A stretch of DNA of 64,000 bases. Source: Alphaproteobacteria bacterium (GTDB lineage: Bacteria; Pseudomonadota; Alphaproteobacteria; UBA7887). Below, one piece after another: positions 1 to 9,087 of this stretch (position 1 is the stretch's first letter; the number at the start of each line of letters is the position of its first letter). A program made the position numbers and the translations under genes. Under the pieces are notes generated by a model. That model was not told the origin of the DNA and searched no databases. It was given only the letters and a program-made list of their open reading frames with translations. The stretch spans positions 30,508 to 94,507 of the forward strand of contig CBDEUQ010000003.1 of the NCBI GenBank assembly GCA_965243325.1, given 5' to 3'.

Positions 1-620
1 CCGGTCTTGCTGTCGGCCAGGTGGAGGTTGCCGTCCCTGTAGAAGCGCCACTCCAGGGTCAGGATCTCCAACTTCCGGCACCCGGTCAGGGCGATGAGAC
101 GGAGCGCCGCCACGTGGAAAGGACGGTCTGCTTCGCGGTTGTCGAGCACCCGGCCGAGGCGGCGGTATTCCTCCGGCGACAGGAAGCGTTCGGAGCGTCC
201 TTGCCGGTAGCGCCGGATGCCCTTGCAGGGGTTGCTGTTCTCGGGACGGTATCCCCACGCCTCCGCCTGCCGCATGATGACCGACAGGATCGGCGCCGAC
301 CGGTTCGCGGCCGCCGGCGTCGCGTGGAGGGAGCGGAACCATCTCTGAACGTCCTCCCGGGTGATCTCCCCGATGGTGCGTCGCTCGAAGAAGGGCAGGA
401 TCTGGCGGCGAAGGTAGTTTCGGTTCACGGCCAGCGTTCGCGGCTTCCATCGCCGGCCGTAACGGGCGAAGACTTCCTCGGCGAAGGTCTCGAAGGGGGT
501 TTCGCCGGACGTGTGTGGACGCCCCTGGTGACGCAAGCATTTTCTTCGGTCGGTTCGGTGCGCGCGGTCAGGTGCTGTCGTGTGTCCGGCCTCTCTATGC
601 GGCACGTCACACGCCGCGGG
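1..620 (-). pseudogene. C-terminal ~200 codons of a P4-type tyrosine integrase (SAM-like plus catalytic domain start), continuing past the window edge; separated from its N-terminal part by an IS insertion
   Basis: Minus-strand frame translates to ...ETFAEEVFARYGRRWKPRTLAVNRNYLRRQILPFF...NPCKGIRRYRQGRSERFLSPEEYRRLGRVLDNREADRPFHVAALRLIALTGCRKLEILTLEWRF..., typical of the core-binding and early catalytic region of phage integrases. There is no ATG upstream and an in-frame stop at 624-626. Confidence 0.6.
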
Positions 621-624
621 CCCT

Positions 625-1860
625 CATGGAGATGCGCGGATCGGGTCCATATCGCTTACGCGAGCTCGAAAGCTCTGCGTCCGGAGACTGGTTTTCCCGA
701 TCCCGTCTCGATCGACCGTTTGCCCTTGCCTTTCCTCAGACCTGCCCGCGTCCCCGACAGCGACCCGCCCGACCGCCCTCTCAGGCGGCGGCGGGAGCCC
801 GGTAGCTCTCCTTCTTCGTCATCAGCGCCCAGACGATGCGCGCCATCCGGTTGGCCAGCGCCACGGCGACGAGCATGCGCGGTTTGCGCGCCAGCATCCT
901 GGCAAGCCATGGGTCGTTCGTCCTGCCGCGCCGAGCCGCCCAGCGAACGACCGCCATGGCGCCCGTGATCAGCAGCCGCCTCAAGTCACGCTGGCCCATC
1001 TTCGATATCTTGCCCAGGCGCGGCTTGCCGCCAGTCGTGTGCTGGCGCGGCACCAGGCCGAGCCAGGCGGCGAAGTCCCGGCCGCGCCGGAAGGTCTCCA
1101 TCGGCGGCGCGAAGGACTGGACCGCCATCGCGGTGATCGGCCCGATCCCCGGCACGGTCATCAGACGGCGCGCCTCCTCGTCCTGCCGGGCCACCGCCCG
1201 GATTTCCTCTTCAAGGCCATCGATCTTCTCGCCAAGCCCGGCAATCTGGTTCAGCAGAAGGCCGGCCAGATCGTGGACCGCGTCCGGCAGATCCAAGTCC
1301 GGGTCTTCAAGCGCCGACGCCAAGCGCCCGACATGGGCCGGACCCTGGGGAGCAACGATGCCGAACTCCGCCAGATGACCGCGCAAGGCGTTGATGGTCT
1401 GGGTGCGCTGGCGTACCAGGAGATCACGCGTGCGGAACAGCATGCCCCGGGCCTGCTGCTCGACGGTCTTCACAGCCACAAAACTCATCGTCGGGCGCGA
1501 TGCTGCCTCGCAGATCGCCTCCGCATCCGCCGCATCGTTCTTCTGTCGCTTGACGTAAGCCTTCACGTAGGCCGGCGGAACCAACTGCACCGCATGGCCC
1601 AGGCGGCTGATCTCGCGGCCCCAATGGTGCGCACCGCCGCAGGCTTCCATCGCGACTGTGCAGGGCTGCTGCGAGACCAGAAACCCCAGCACCTTCGCCC
1701 GGCTCAGCTTCTTCCGGAACGCGACCGATCCATCGGGCCGCGCGCCGTGAAGCTGAAAGCTGTTCTTCGCGAGATCGATCCCGATCATGCTAACCTGTTC
1801 CATGGACGCCCCTTTCCTCTCTTGGCGTTTACGACACCGCCAACTTGGCACATTGCGATG
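625..1860 (-). mobile_element. IS110-family insertion sequence (approximate ends) inserted inside an integrase gene
   Basis: Contains a complete IS110-type transposase ORF; the flanking integrase halves sit immediately on both sides. Confidence 0.6.
781..1803 (-). CDS. IS110 family transposase (DEDD N-terminal domain plus C-terminal HhH domain)
   Basis: MEQVSMIGIDLAKNSFQLHG... N-terminus and ...FAAWLGLVPRQHTTGGKPRLGKISKMGQRDLRRLL... C-terminus are hallmark IS110/IS1111 transposase motifs. Start taken at the internal ATG of ORF 781..1851. Confidence 0.8.
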   Translation of the reverse strand: MEQVSMIGIDLAKNSFQLHGARPDGSVAFRKKLSRAKVLGFLVSQQPCTVAMEACGGAHHWGREISRLGHAVQLVPPAYVKAYVKRQKNDAADAEAICEAASRPTMSFVAVKTVEQQARGMLFRTRDLLVRQRTQTINALRGHLAEFGIVAPQGPAHVGRLASALEDPDLDLPDAVHDLAGLLLNQIAGLGEKIDGLEEEIRAVARQDEEARRLMTVPGIGPITAMAVQSFAPPMETFRRGRDFAAWLGLVPRQHTTGGKPRLGKISKMGQRDLRRLLITGAMAVVRWAARRGRTNDPWLARMLARKPRMLVAVALANRMARIVWALMTKKESYRAPAAA

Positions 1861-2155
1861 CCGTCGGGAGGGGCGTCCACTCCATCGCTTCCGTTTCGGG
1901 CTCGACGCCGTCGCGGAGCGCGGCGAGCATCTCTTTGGCTCGGGCGCGCGCCTCGGCCTCGCTCTGCGTCGCCGCGTCGCCGACGGTCTTCCATACGCGG
2001 CGTCCGCGGTGCTGGGTGTGGATGAAATAGCGCTTCGCGCCCGAGGGCATCACGCGGACGCCGTACCCCGTGAGGTCCATGTCGCGGACATCGCGCGCCT
2101 CGCGGCGGGGCCTTAGGGCGTCGACGCGTCGCTGGGTGAGGCGGATTGCCGGCAT
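1829..2155 (-). pseudogene. N-terminal arm-DNA-binding (DUF4102-like) fragment of the same tyrosine integrase, truncated by the IS insertion
   Basis: MPAIRLTQRRVDALRPRREARDVRDMDLTGYGVRVMPSGAKRYFIHTQHRGRRVWKTVGDA... matches the N-terminal arm domain of P4-type integrases and resembles the N-termini of the integrases at 43.1, 44.3 and 59.0 kb. The ORF tail reads into IS sequence. Confidence 0.6.
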
Positions 2156-2363
2156 CGCGATACGTCTCCGATCTGTTGCAGCGGGGTGCGAAAAGGGCTT
2201 TCCTTTCGCGCCCCACGGCGATAGAAACGGAGAAACATCGCCATTTAATCAGATACTTAGCACCGAAGGTGCGTCGGATCGTGTGCGCGGTCGGTTGCGC
2301 CGGGTGGGCGCCGCCGCCATACTGCCGCCGCGCCGGCGTGCGGGCGCCAGGGGGAGGGGAACG

Positions 2364-2888
2364 ATGGCGGAAGCGTTCACGATCGCCAATTTCAAGCATG
2401 TCGCGGACGGTTTGCAGGCGGGCCAGTTCGGCATCGGCGACCGCAGGCAGGCGACGAGCCTCGCCGACCTCGATCCCATCTACCGCGACCTGCTCGACCG
2501 GCCGGTCGTCGTGGTCCTCGCGGTCATCGGGCCCGACGGGCGGCCCGGCCTCACGCCGATGTGGTTCGATTACGAGGGCAACACGATCCTCGTCAACACG
2601 GCGTCGCACCGGCCGAAATGCCAGTGGATTCGCGACAACCCGCAAATGACGATGATCCTCGTCAACCCCGACAATCCGTACCACTGGATGAGCCTGAAGA
2701 TCACCGTCGTCAACGAGCGCCACGAGGACGGGCCCGACGGCGCGTCCGTGACGGCACAGCTCAACAAGATCTGGCGCAAGTACATCGGCGAGGGCGACGA
2801 GTACCAGCTGCGCGACCCGTCGATCGACGAGAAGCGCGTCCTCTTCGAGTGCCGGATCGACCGCATCGCCACGTTCGGCAAGCCTTAG
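2364..2888 (+). CDS. pyridoxamine 5'-phosphate oxidase (PPOX/FMN-binding split barrel) family protein
   Basis: ATG preceded by GGAGGGG; about 174 aa with PPOX-like composition (…PMWFDYEGNTILVNTASHRPK...). Confidence 0.5.
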   Translation: MAEAFTIANFKHVADGLQAGQFGIGDRRQATSLADLDPIYRDLLDRPVVVVLAVIGPDGRPGLTPMWFDYEGNTILVNTASHRPKCQWIRDNPQMTMILVNPDNPYHWMSLKITVVNERHEDGPDGASVTAQLNKIWRKYIGEGDEYQLRDPSIDEKRVLFECRIDRIATFGKP

Positions 2889-2934
2889 GACTCCGCCGCG
2901 CCCGACCCCCGCGAGTCGTCCGCCAGGTCTTCGC

Positions 2935-4131
2935 GTGGCCGTGGATTTCGGCAACGGGCCGCTCGACGGCATCCGCGTTCTCGACCTCAGCAACGTCATC
3001 ATGGGGCCGTACGCGACCCGCATCCTCGCCGACATGGGCGCGGACGTGATCAAGATCGAGTCGCCCGAGGGCGACCTCGTGCGCCATCTCCACCCGCGGC
3101 GGCGGCCCGGCCACGGCGGTTCGTTCCTGCAGCTCAACCGCAACAAGCGCAGTATCGTCCTCGACCTCAAGAAGGAGGCCGCGCGGGAGGCGCTGCGCCG
3201 CCTGATCCCGGGCGCCGACGTGTTCCTCCACGCGCTGCGCCCGAAGACGATCGCCGGGCTCGGCTTCGACGCCGAATCGGTGATGGCCCTCAACCCCGAC
3301 ATCGTCCACTGCGGCGCCTACGGCTTCGGCGCCGCCGGCCCCTATGCCGACAAGGCGGCGTACGACGACGTGATCCAGGCGGGTTGCGGGCTGGCGGCGC
3401 TGTGCGGCGAGGTCGGCGATGCGCCGTCTTACGTGCCGACGGTCGTCTGCGACAAGCTGGCCGGGCAGGCCATCGCCTATGCCATCCTCGCCGGCCTGTT
3501 GCAGCGCGCGCGCGGCGGCGGCGGCCAGGCGATCGAGGTGCCGATGTTCGAGACGGCGATCGAGTTTCTCACGCCCGAGCACTTCGCCGGCGCCGCCTTC
3601 GACCCGCCGCTCGGCCGCTTCGGCTACAACCGGGTGCTGAGCGCCGGGCGCCGCCCCTGCCGCACCCGCGACGGCCACGCCTGCATCCTCCCCTATTCGG
3701 ACCGCAACTGGCGCGACTTCTTCGATTTCATCGGCCGCCCGGAGATGAAGGAGATCGAGCGCTTCCACACCATCGCCGGGCGCGCGCGGCACGTCGAGGA
3801 ACTGTACGCCCTGGTCGCCGAGGAGGCGCCGAAGCGCACCAACGCCGAGTGGTTGGCGTTTTGCGACGGCGTCAGCATCCCCTGCATGCCGGTGATGCGC
3901 TTCGAGGACCTCTACGACGATCCGCACGTGCGCGCGGTCGGCCTGTTCGACATCGTCGAGCACCCGACCGAGGGCCGCCAGCGGATCGTGCGGCGTCCCG
4001 TCAACTTCGCCGCTCCGTTCCGCCTGCGCCGCCACGCGCCGTCTCTCGGCCAGCACACGCGCGAGGTTCTCGCCGAAGCCGGCCTCGACGAGGGCGCCGT
4101 CGCCGCGCTGGCGCCCGCCAACGACGCCTGA
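2935..4131 (+). CDS. CaiB/BaiF family III CoA-transferase
   Basis: N-terminal GPLDGIRVLDLSNVIMGPYATRILADMGADVIKIE is the family-III CoA-transferase signature; GTG start. Confidence 0.8.
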   Translation: MAVDFGNGPLDGIRVLDLSNVIMGPYATRILADMGADVIKIESPEGDLVRHLHPRRRPGHGGSFLQLNRNKRSIVLDLKKEAAREALRRLIPGADVFLHALRPKTIAGLGFDAESVMALNPDIVHCGAYGFGAAGPYADKAAYDDVIQAGCGLAALCGEVGDAPSYVPTVVCDKLAGQAIAYAILAGLLQRARGGGGQAIEVPMFETAIEFLTPEHFAGAAFDPPLGRFGYNRVLSAGRRPCRTRDGHACILPYSDRNWRDFFDFIGRPEMKEIERFHTIAGRARHVEELYALVAEEAPKRTNAEWLAFCDGVSIPCMPVMRFEDLYDDPHVRAVGLFDIVEHPTEGRQRIVRRPVNFAAPFRLRRHAPSLGQHTREVLAEAGLDEGAVAALAPANDA

Positions 4132-4373
4132 CGCCGGGCCGCGAACGCGCTCGGGAACGGCGCCGCCCGGCCGGCACCGGGGCTCGGCGCGTTCGCTGGC
4201 AACCATGGAGCGGCGGGCGCAATCGGCCGGCGCCCGTCTCGGTTCGCCGTTGACTCGCCTACCGAACCCGGCCAGACTCCGATCCATTCGGCCGGCGTCG
4301 GGGTCCCTGTGGATCGCGGCGCGGCGGAACCAAGCGCGCTTGTGAGCTTCTGTAGGGGAGGTTACCTGTAACC

Positions 4374-6182
4374 ATGCAAGGCAAACTGGCAAGGCGAGCG
4401 ACCGCGGTCGCCGCTGCCGTGGGCGTCGGCCTCTTCGCGTTGGCGGCGTCGTCGGCAGAAATGACGACGAGCGATGATCTGCTCAACGCGGCCGCCGACA
4501 CGGACAACTGGTTGACCAACCATCGGACGTACGACGGCCACCGCTATTCGCCGCTCGATCAGATCAACAAGTCCAACGTCTCGGGCCTCAAGGTCGCCTA
4601 TACCGTGGCCCTCGGCGGCACGGAAGGCGGCGGCTTCTGGCGGTACGGCAACATCGAGGGGACGCCGATCGTCGAGGACGGCGTGATGTACATGCCGAAC
4701 GGCTGGTCCGAGCTGTCGGCGATCGACCTGCGGGCCGCCGGCCAGGGCCCCGACATGATCAAGTGGATCTACGATCCCGCAGTCGACAAGGACTGGGCGG
4801 GCAACGTGGCCTGCTGCGCCATCAACAACCGCGGCGTCGCGTTGTGGAACGATCAGGTGATCATGAGCGTTCTCGACGGTCGCATGATGGCGATCAACAA
4901 GGACACGGGTGAGCAGACCTGGGAGGTCCAGCTCGCCGATCCGGCGATCGCCGAGACGATCACCGTTGCCCCGCTGGTCATCGGCGACCTCGCGATCACG
5001 GGCGTATCGGGCGCCGAGTACGGCATCCGCGGCTGGCTCGCGGCGGTCGACCTCAACACCGGCGTCGAGCGCTGGCGCCGCTACACGGTCCCCGGTCCGG
5101 GCGAGCCCGGCAACGAGACGTGGACCGACGACTACGACGCGTGGCTCACCGGCGGCGGCTCGACGTGGATGACCGGGACCTACGACCCCGAGCTCAACCT
5201 CGTCTACTGGGGCGTCGGCAATCCGGGTCCCGACTGGGATCACGATTACCGCCCGGGGGACAACCTCTATACGTCGGGCATGATCGCGATCAATCCGGAC
5301 AACGGCAAGGTCGTCTTCCACTTCCAGTACACGCCGAACGACCCGTACGACTTCGACGGAATCAACGAGCACATCCTGGTCGACATCAACATCGGCGGGC
5401 AGGATCGCAAGACGTTCATCCACGCCGACCGCAACGGCTTCTTCTACGCGGTCGACCGGGCCGACGGCTCGTTCATCTACGGCCTGCCGTTCGTCAAGGA
5501 CGTGAACTGGACCCGCGGCCTCGACAAGGTCACCGGTGTGCCCCTGGACTACGATCCGAATTCGGACCTGCAGACCTACGTCACGGAGGTCACGCCGAAC
5601 CGGACGATCAAGAGCACGACCTTCTGTCCGAACGTCATCGGCGGCAAGAACTGGATGCCGATGTCGTACAGCCCGAAGACCCAGATCGCCTACGTGCCGA
5701 CGGTCGAGAGCTGCATGCTCGTCAACAACGAGGAAGAGATCCCCGGGCCGGACGGCACCTACGTGCTGCGTGAGTGGTTCTCGGGCGGCATGCCTGACGT
5801 GACCACCGCGAAGTCGCTCAACGGCGACTGGCTGCACGGCAGCCTGACCGCGGTCGACATCGCCACCGGCAGCATCATCAAGAAGGTCGACACCATGTAT
5901 CCGCTGATCGCGGGCGTCCTGTCCACGGCCGGCGGCCTTGTGTTCGTCGCGCAGCACGAAGGCAAGTTCTGCGCCTTCGACGACGAGACGCTCGACGAGC
6001 TGTGGTGCTTCCACATGAACACGTTGATCGACGCGCCGACCATGACCTTCGCGGTCGACGGCAAGCAGTACATCGCGGTCGCTTCCGGCGGCTGGGGGAT
6101 CATCCCCACGTACTTCGCACCGTCGTCGCCGGGTCTCGAAAAGGTCCGCAACGCCAACCTGCTGTGGGTGTTCTCGCTGTAA
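4374..6182 (+). CDS. xoxF: PQQ-dependent methanol/ethanol dehydrogenase, XoxF-like (lanthanide-type)
   Basis: Signal peptide, vicinal Cys-Cys (NVACCAINN), 8-blade PQQ propeller repeats, C-terminal ...LLWVFSL. The motif PNDPYDFDGINEH has Asp at the position where MxaF has Ala (DFAG). Strong RBS AGGGGAGG. Confidence 0.75.
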   Translation: MQGKLARRATAVAAAVGVGLFALAASSAEMTTSDDLLNAAADTDNWLTNHRTYDGHRYSPLDQINKSNVSGLKVAYTVALGGTEGGGFWRYGNIEGTPIVEDGVMYMPNGWSELSAIDLRAAGQGPDMIKWIYDPAVDKDWAGNVACCAINNRGVALWNDQVIMSVLDGRMMAINKDTGEQTWEVQLADPAIAETITVAPLVIGDLAITGVSGAEYGIRGWLAAVDLNTGVERWRRYTVPGPGEPGNETWTDDYDAWLTGGGSTWMTGTYDPELNLVYWGVGNPGPDWDHDYRPGDNLYTSGMIAINPDNGKVVFHFQYTPNDPYDFDGINEHILVDINIGGQDRKTFIHADRNGFFYAVDRADGSFIYGLPFVKDVNWTRGLDKVTGVPLDYDPNSDLQTYVTEVTPNRTIKSTTFCPNVIGGKNWMPMSYSPKTQIAYVPTVESCMLVNNEEEIPGPDGTYVLREWFSGGMPDVTTAKSLNGDWLHGSLTAVDIATGSIIKKVDTMYPLIAGVLSTAGGLVFVAQHEGKFCAFDDETLDELWCFHMNTLIDAPTMTFAVDGKQYIAVASGGWGIIPTYFAPSSPGLEKVRNANLLWVFSL

Positions 6183-6210
6183 GCGAACGAACGCCGACGG
6201 CGAAACGTCG

Positions 6211-6240
6211 AAGCGCCCCTTCGGGGGCGCTTCTTTTTTT
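6211..6240 (+). terminator. Rho-independent terminator after xoxF
   Basis: AAGCGCCCC-TTCG-GGGGCGCTT hairpin followed by CTTTTTTT. Confidence 0.8.
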
Positions 6241-6273
6241 GGCCGGATGCCCTCTACGGTTGCCGGCGGCGGA

Positions 6274-6927
6274 TCACGATTCGGGCGGCGTGCGGCGAAT
6301 CTCGAACGCGGTCTGGCTGACGATCTCTTCGCCGTCGTCGCCGTAGCGGCGGTAGAAACGCGCCGTCATGTCGATCGAGCGGTCGCCGAGGTCCTTCGTG
6401 CAGCGATCCTTGACGAACAGGCCCCCCAGCGCTCCTTCGCCGGCTTCGGCGTCCATCTGGCGGCAGTTCCAGCCCGCCTGGCCGAAACGCGAGCGCACCG
6501 CGGTCGCCAGGATGCGCGCGCGGCGTTTCTGGTAGGGGCGCGCGAACGGATGCGTGAACACGCGGATCCCCTCGACGACGCCGTGGCCGGAAAACAGGAG
6601 CGAAATCAGCACCTCGTGGCCGGCGATCTGGGTTCCCTCGAACTCCTCGTACTCGACCGAGGTGTCGTCGTACTCGAATGCGACCTCGTGCAGCCCCTCG
6701 TCGTCCGCGGGGCACGCGGCGAAGGCCTGCCAGCCGGCGATTTCGCCCTCCGGCCGGCCGCCGTTGGTGCCGCAGGCGAAGCCGACGTAACCCTCGGCCG
6801 GCAGGTCGTCCACGGAGAGCCCGACGGTGAACTCGCGGATGTCGCCGGCGGCGCCGACGGGCGCTGCGCCCAACGCGCACAGCGCTGCCGCGGCGGCGAA
6901 CGAACGGAACGGGAGACTGGGAATCAT
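6274..6927 (-). CDS. secreted hypothetical protein (about 217 aa), convergent with xoxF
   Basis: Internal start MIPSLPFRSFAAAAALCALGAAPVGAAG gives a signal peptide; no family recognised. Confidence 0.45.
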   Translation of the reverse strand: MIPSLPFRSFAAAAALCALGAAPVGAAGDIREFTVGLSVDDLPAEGYVGFACGTNGGRPEGEIAGWQAFAACPADDEGLHEVAFEYDDTSVEYEEFEGTQIAGHEVLISLLFSGHGVVEGIRVFTHPFARPYQKRRARILATAVRSRFGQAGWNCRQMDAEAGEGALGGLFVKDRCTKDLGDRSIDMTARFYRRYGDDGEEIVSQTAFEIRRTPPES

Positions 6928-7156
6928 GGGCCGTTGACCTCGGAATCGCAGGAGTGCGGAGTGGCTTTGCGCGCCGGCAAATCTATTGCTATTCTCGCCC
7001 CGTCTCAAGGAGCCGTGGCGGGACATCCTGTCGCTGCATGTCGATAAGTGCGCGCTTGGGTCGGTAGGCGGACGCGGGCGGGTCACGGTTTGAGCGAACA
7101 CCCGGTGCGCCCGTCGCATGCGCGGGCGCACGTCATTGTCCTAAGGGAGGGACGGG

Positions 7157-7393
7157 ATGAGAACGACTCTGACGATCATCGGCGCCGTCGCGGCGTTCGG
7201 TATCGCCGCCACGGCGTTCGCGGCCGACATTCCGCACGAGGAGCAGACCTCGCCGGAGCAGGTGCAGATGTGCGACGACAACCTCGCCACCTGTTCCGCG
7301 GGAACGGACAGCTGGGCCTGCGTTACCGCGCTCAAGACGTGTGTCGGCGACAAGCGGCAGGAAGCCATGCAGCTCATGGAAGAGCACGGCTGA
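7157..7393 (+). CDS. small secreted cysteine-rich protein (78 aa precursor, 4 Cys in the mature peptide)
   Basis: RBS GGGAGGGACGGG-ATG; signal peptide MRTTLTIIGAVAAFGIAATAFA then ADIPHEEQ...CDDNLATCSAG...WACVTALKTCVGD. Confidence 0.55.
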   Translation: MRTTLTIIGAVAAFGIAATAFAADIPHEEQTSPEQVQMCDDNLATCSAGTDSWACVTALKTCVGDKRQEAMQLMEEHG

Positions 7394-7443
7394 CCAGTAC
7401 GCTCCATCGATTCTCGCACGGCCCGCGCCGGCAGGCGCGGGCC

Positions 7444-7875
7444 GTCGCTCGTCTGGCGCGCCTGCTGCTCGCGCCGTTTCTCTCCGTTACCGTCTGCTGC
7501 ACGGCCCTCGGCGCCGGATTCGAGGCCGGGCGCACCGCCTACGATGACGGCGATTTCACCGGCGCGCATGCCGCCTGGACCGAGGCGGCGGTCGCGGGCG
7601 ACGGCGAGGCCCAGTACGCCCTCGGCATGATGCTCGCGAACGGAACCGGCGTGCCGCGGGACGTGATCTCCGCCTACGCCTGGTTTGCGCTCGCCGACCG
7701 CAACGGCGTCGCCGGCGCGCGCGACCGTTTCGAAACGCTTCTGCGCGACCACATTCCGCGTCACTGCCACTACCATGCCCTGAAGCTGGTGCGCGACTTC
7801 GATCGCGGCCATCCCGAGCGACTGGCTGCGGGGGGCCGGCAGAACTCGCGCTGCTGGCGTGTTCAGCAACGTTGA
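7444..7875 (+). CDS. Sel1-like repeat protein, secreted; start codon unresolved
   Basis: Sel1 motifs (EAQYALGMMLANGTGVPRDVISAYAWFALA). A signal-like segment ARLARLLLAPFLSVTVCCTALGA precedes them, but there is no in-frame ATG/GTG/TTG between the upstream stop and the hydrophobic core. Confidence 0.4.
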   Translation, partial: VARLARLLLAPFLSVTVCCTALGAGFEAGRTAYDDGDFTGAHAAWTEAAVAGDGEAQYALGMMLANGTGVPRDVISAYAWFALADRNGVAGARDRFETLLRDHIPRHCHYHALKLVRDFDRGHPERLAAGGRQNSRCWRVQQR

Positions 7876-7972
7876 TTCGGCGGGCTTTCGGCCTCGCGGC
7901 GCGGGCTTGCGCCGGCGCTTTGACCCGTTACGATGCGCGCACGCGAAGGCCGGCGATGGCGGGAGGACTTTC

Positions 7973-8512
7973 GTGACGATCCATTCGATTCAGGTGCGGC
8001 ACGCGCTGCGGGCCGCTGCGGCAGCCGCTTTCGCGCTGCTTCTCTCCACCGGCGTCGCGGCCCAGGTGACGGCGAGCCATCCGGGCGTGGCGATCTACAA
8101 GAGCGCCGGCTGCATCACCTGTCACAAATGGCACGGCATGGGCGGGTCCGGCTACGGCGGCACGCCGGTGAATTTCCGCGAGATCTGGCTCGATCGCGAT
8201 CAGATCGTGGAGGTCGTCGCCTGCGGCCGCCCGGGAACGGCGATGCCCTACCATCACCGCTCCGCGTACGAAGGGTACGACTGCTACGAAGGCACCCTGC
8301 TCGACGATTTCCTGCCGGAGGATCAGCCGGGGCGGGCGCGCATGGTGCTCGGCACGCGCCAGGTCCGGCAGGTTTCGCAGTTCATCCTCGACCATTTCAA
8401 GGACCGCCCCAACGAGCCGGTCAAGGCGGATTGCGAACTGTTCTTCGGCCAGTCCCGCATGTGCCGCAACCTGGAACGCGCCATGGAAGCCGGCGGCGGC
8501 GAGGGGCACTGA
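7973..8512 (+). CDS. monohaem c-type cytochrome, periplasmic
   Basis: GTG start 6 nt after GGGAGG; signal peptide; single CITCH haem-binding motif. Confidence 0.65.
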   Translation: MTIHSIQVRHALRAAAAAAFALLLSTGVAAQVTASHPGVAIYKSAGCITCHKWHGMGGSGYGGTPVNFREIWLDRDQIVEVVACGRPGTAMPYHHRSAYEGYDCYEGTLLDDFLPEDQPGRARMVLGTRQVRQVSQFILDHFKDRPNEPVKADCELFFGQSRMCRNLERAMEAGGGEGH

Positions 8513-8514
8513 CG

Positions 8515-9003
8515 ATGCGCGGTCCGACCCTGTTCGCGGCGGCGCTGTCGCTCGTGTGGGCGGCGGGCTCTGCGCTCGCCGACCCGATCGCCGACCGCGA
8601 CGCCGGCAACGCGGCGTGGAAGGCGCAGCACTACGACGAGGCCGCGCGCCATTGGCTTGCTGCTGCGGAGGCCGGCAACGCCGCTGCGCAGAACAACCTC
8701 GGCTTCCTCTATCGCAAGGGCTTCGGCGTCGGGAAGGACGAGGACGAGGCGGCGCGGTGGTATCTGCGCGCCGCCAATCAGGGCCTCGTCGACGCGATGA
8801 CCAATCTCGGCATGCTGTACGACGAAGGCTGGGGCGTGCCGCGAGACTTCATCGAGTCCTACAAGTGGTTCCTGCTCGCGGTCCGCGGCGGGCACACCGG
8901 TGCCCAGGCGCATATCGACATTCTCGAGGAAGAGTTCCTGACCCCCGACGAGATCGCCGAGGCGAAGGCCCGCGCCGACGCATGGCGCGCGGTTGCCGAA
9001 TAG
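8515..9003 (+). CDS. Sel1-like repeat protein, secreted
   Basis: ATG 2 nt after the cytochrome c stop; signal peptide MRGPTLFAAALSLVWAAGSALA; Sel1 repeats (NNLGFLYRKGFGVGKDEDEAARWYLRAANQG...). Confidence 0.65.
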   Translation: MRGPTLFAAALSLVWAAGSALADPIADRDAGNAAWKAQHYDEAARHWLAAAEAGNAAAQNNLGFLYRKGFGVGKDEDEAARWYLRAANQGLVDAMTNLGMLYDEGWGVPRDFIESYKWFLLAVRGGHTGAQAHIDILEEEFLTPDEIAEAKARADAWRAVAE

Positions 9004-9012
9004 GGGCCGCTT

Positions 9013-9045
9013 GACGCGGCGCTGCGGCAGACACACATCCGCCGC
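9013..9045 (+). promoter_or_regulatory. possible sigma-32 (RpoH) heat-shock promoter of htpG
   Basis: CTTGAC-N16-CACACATCC resembles the CTTG-N16-17-CCCCATNT / CYTATNT consensus, about 45 nt upstream of the htpG ATG. Confidence 0.3.
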
Positions 9046-9087
9046 CGTCGACTCCGTCACGACCGGCAGCGAGGGAACGCGCGCGAG

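Noticed and set aside
21-968. 315-aa plus-strand ORF at the window start
   Set aside because: Antisense to the integrase C-terminal fragment and IS end; low-complexity R/P-rich translation.
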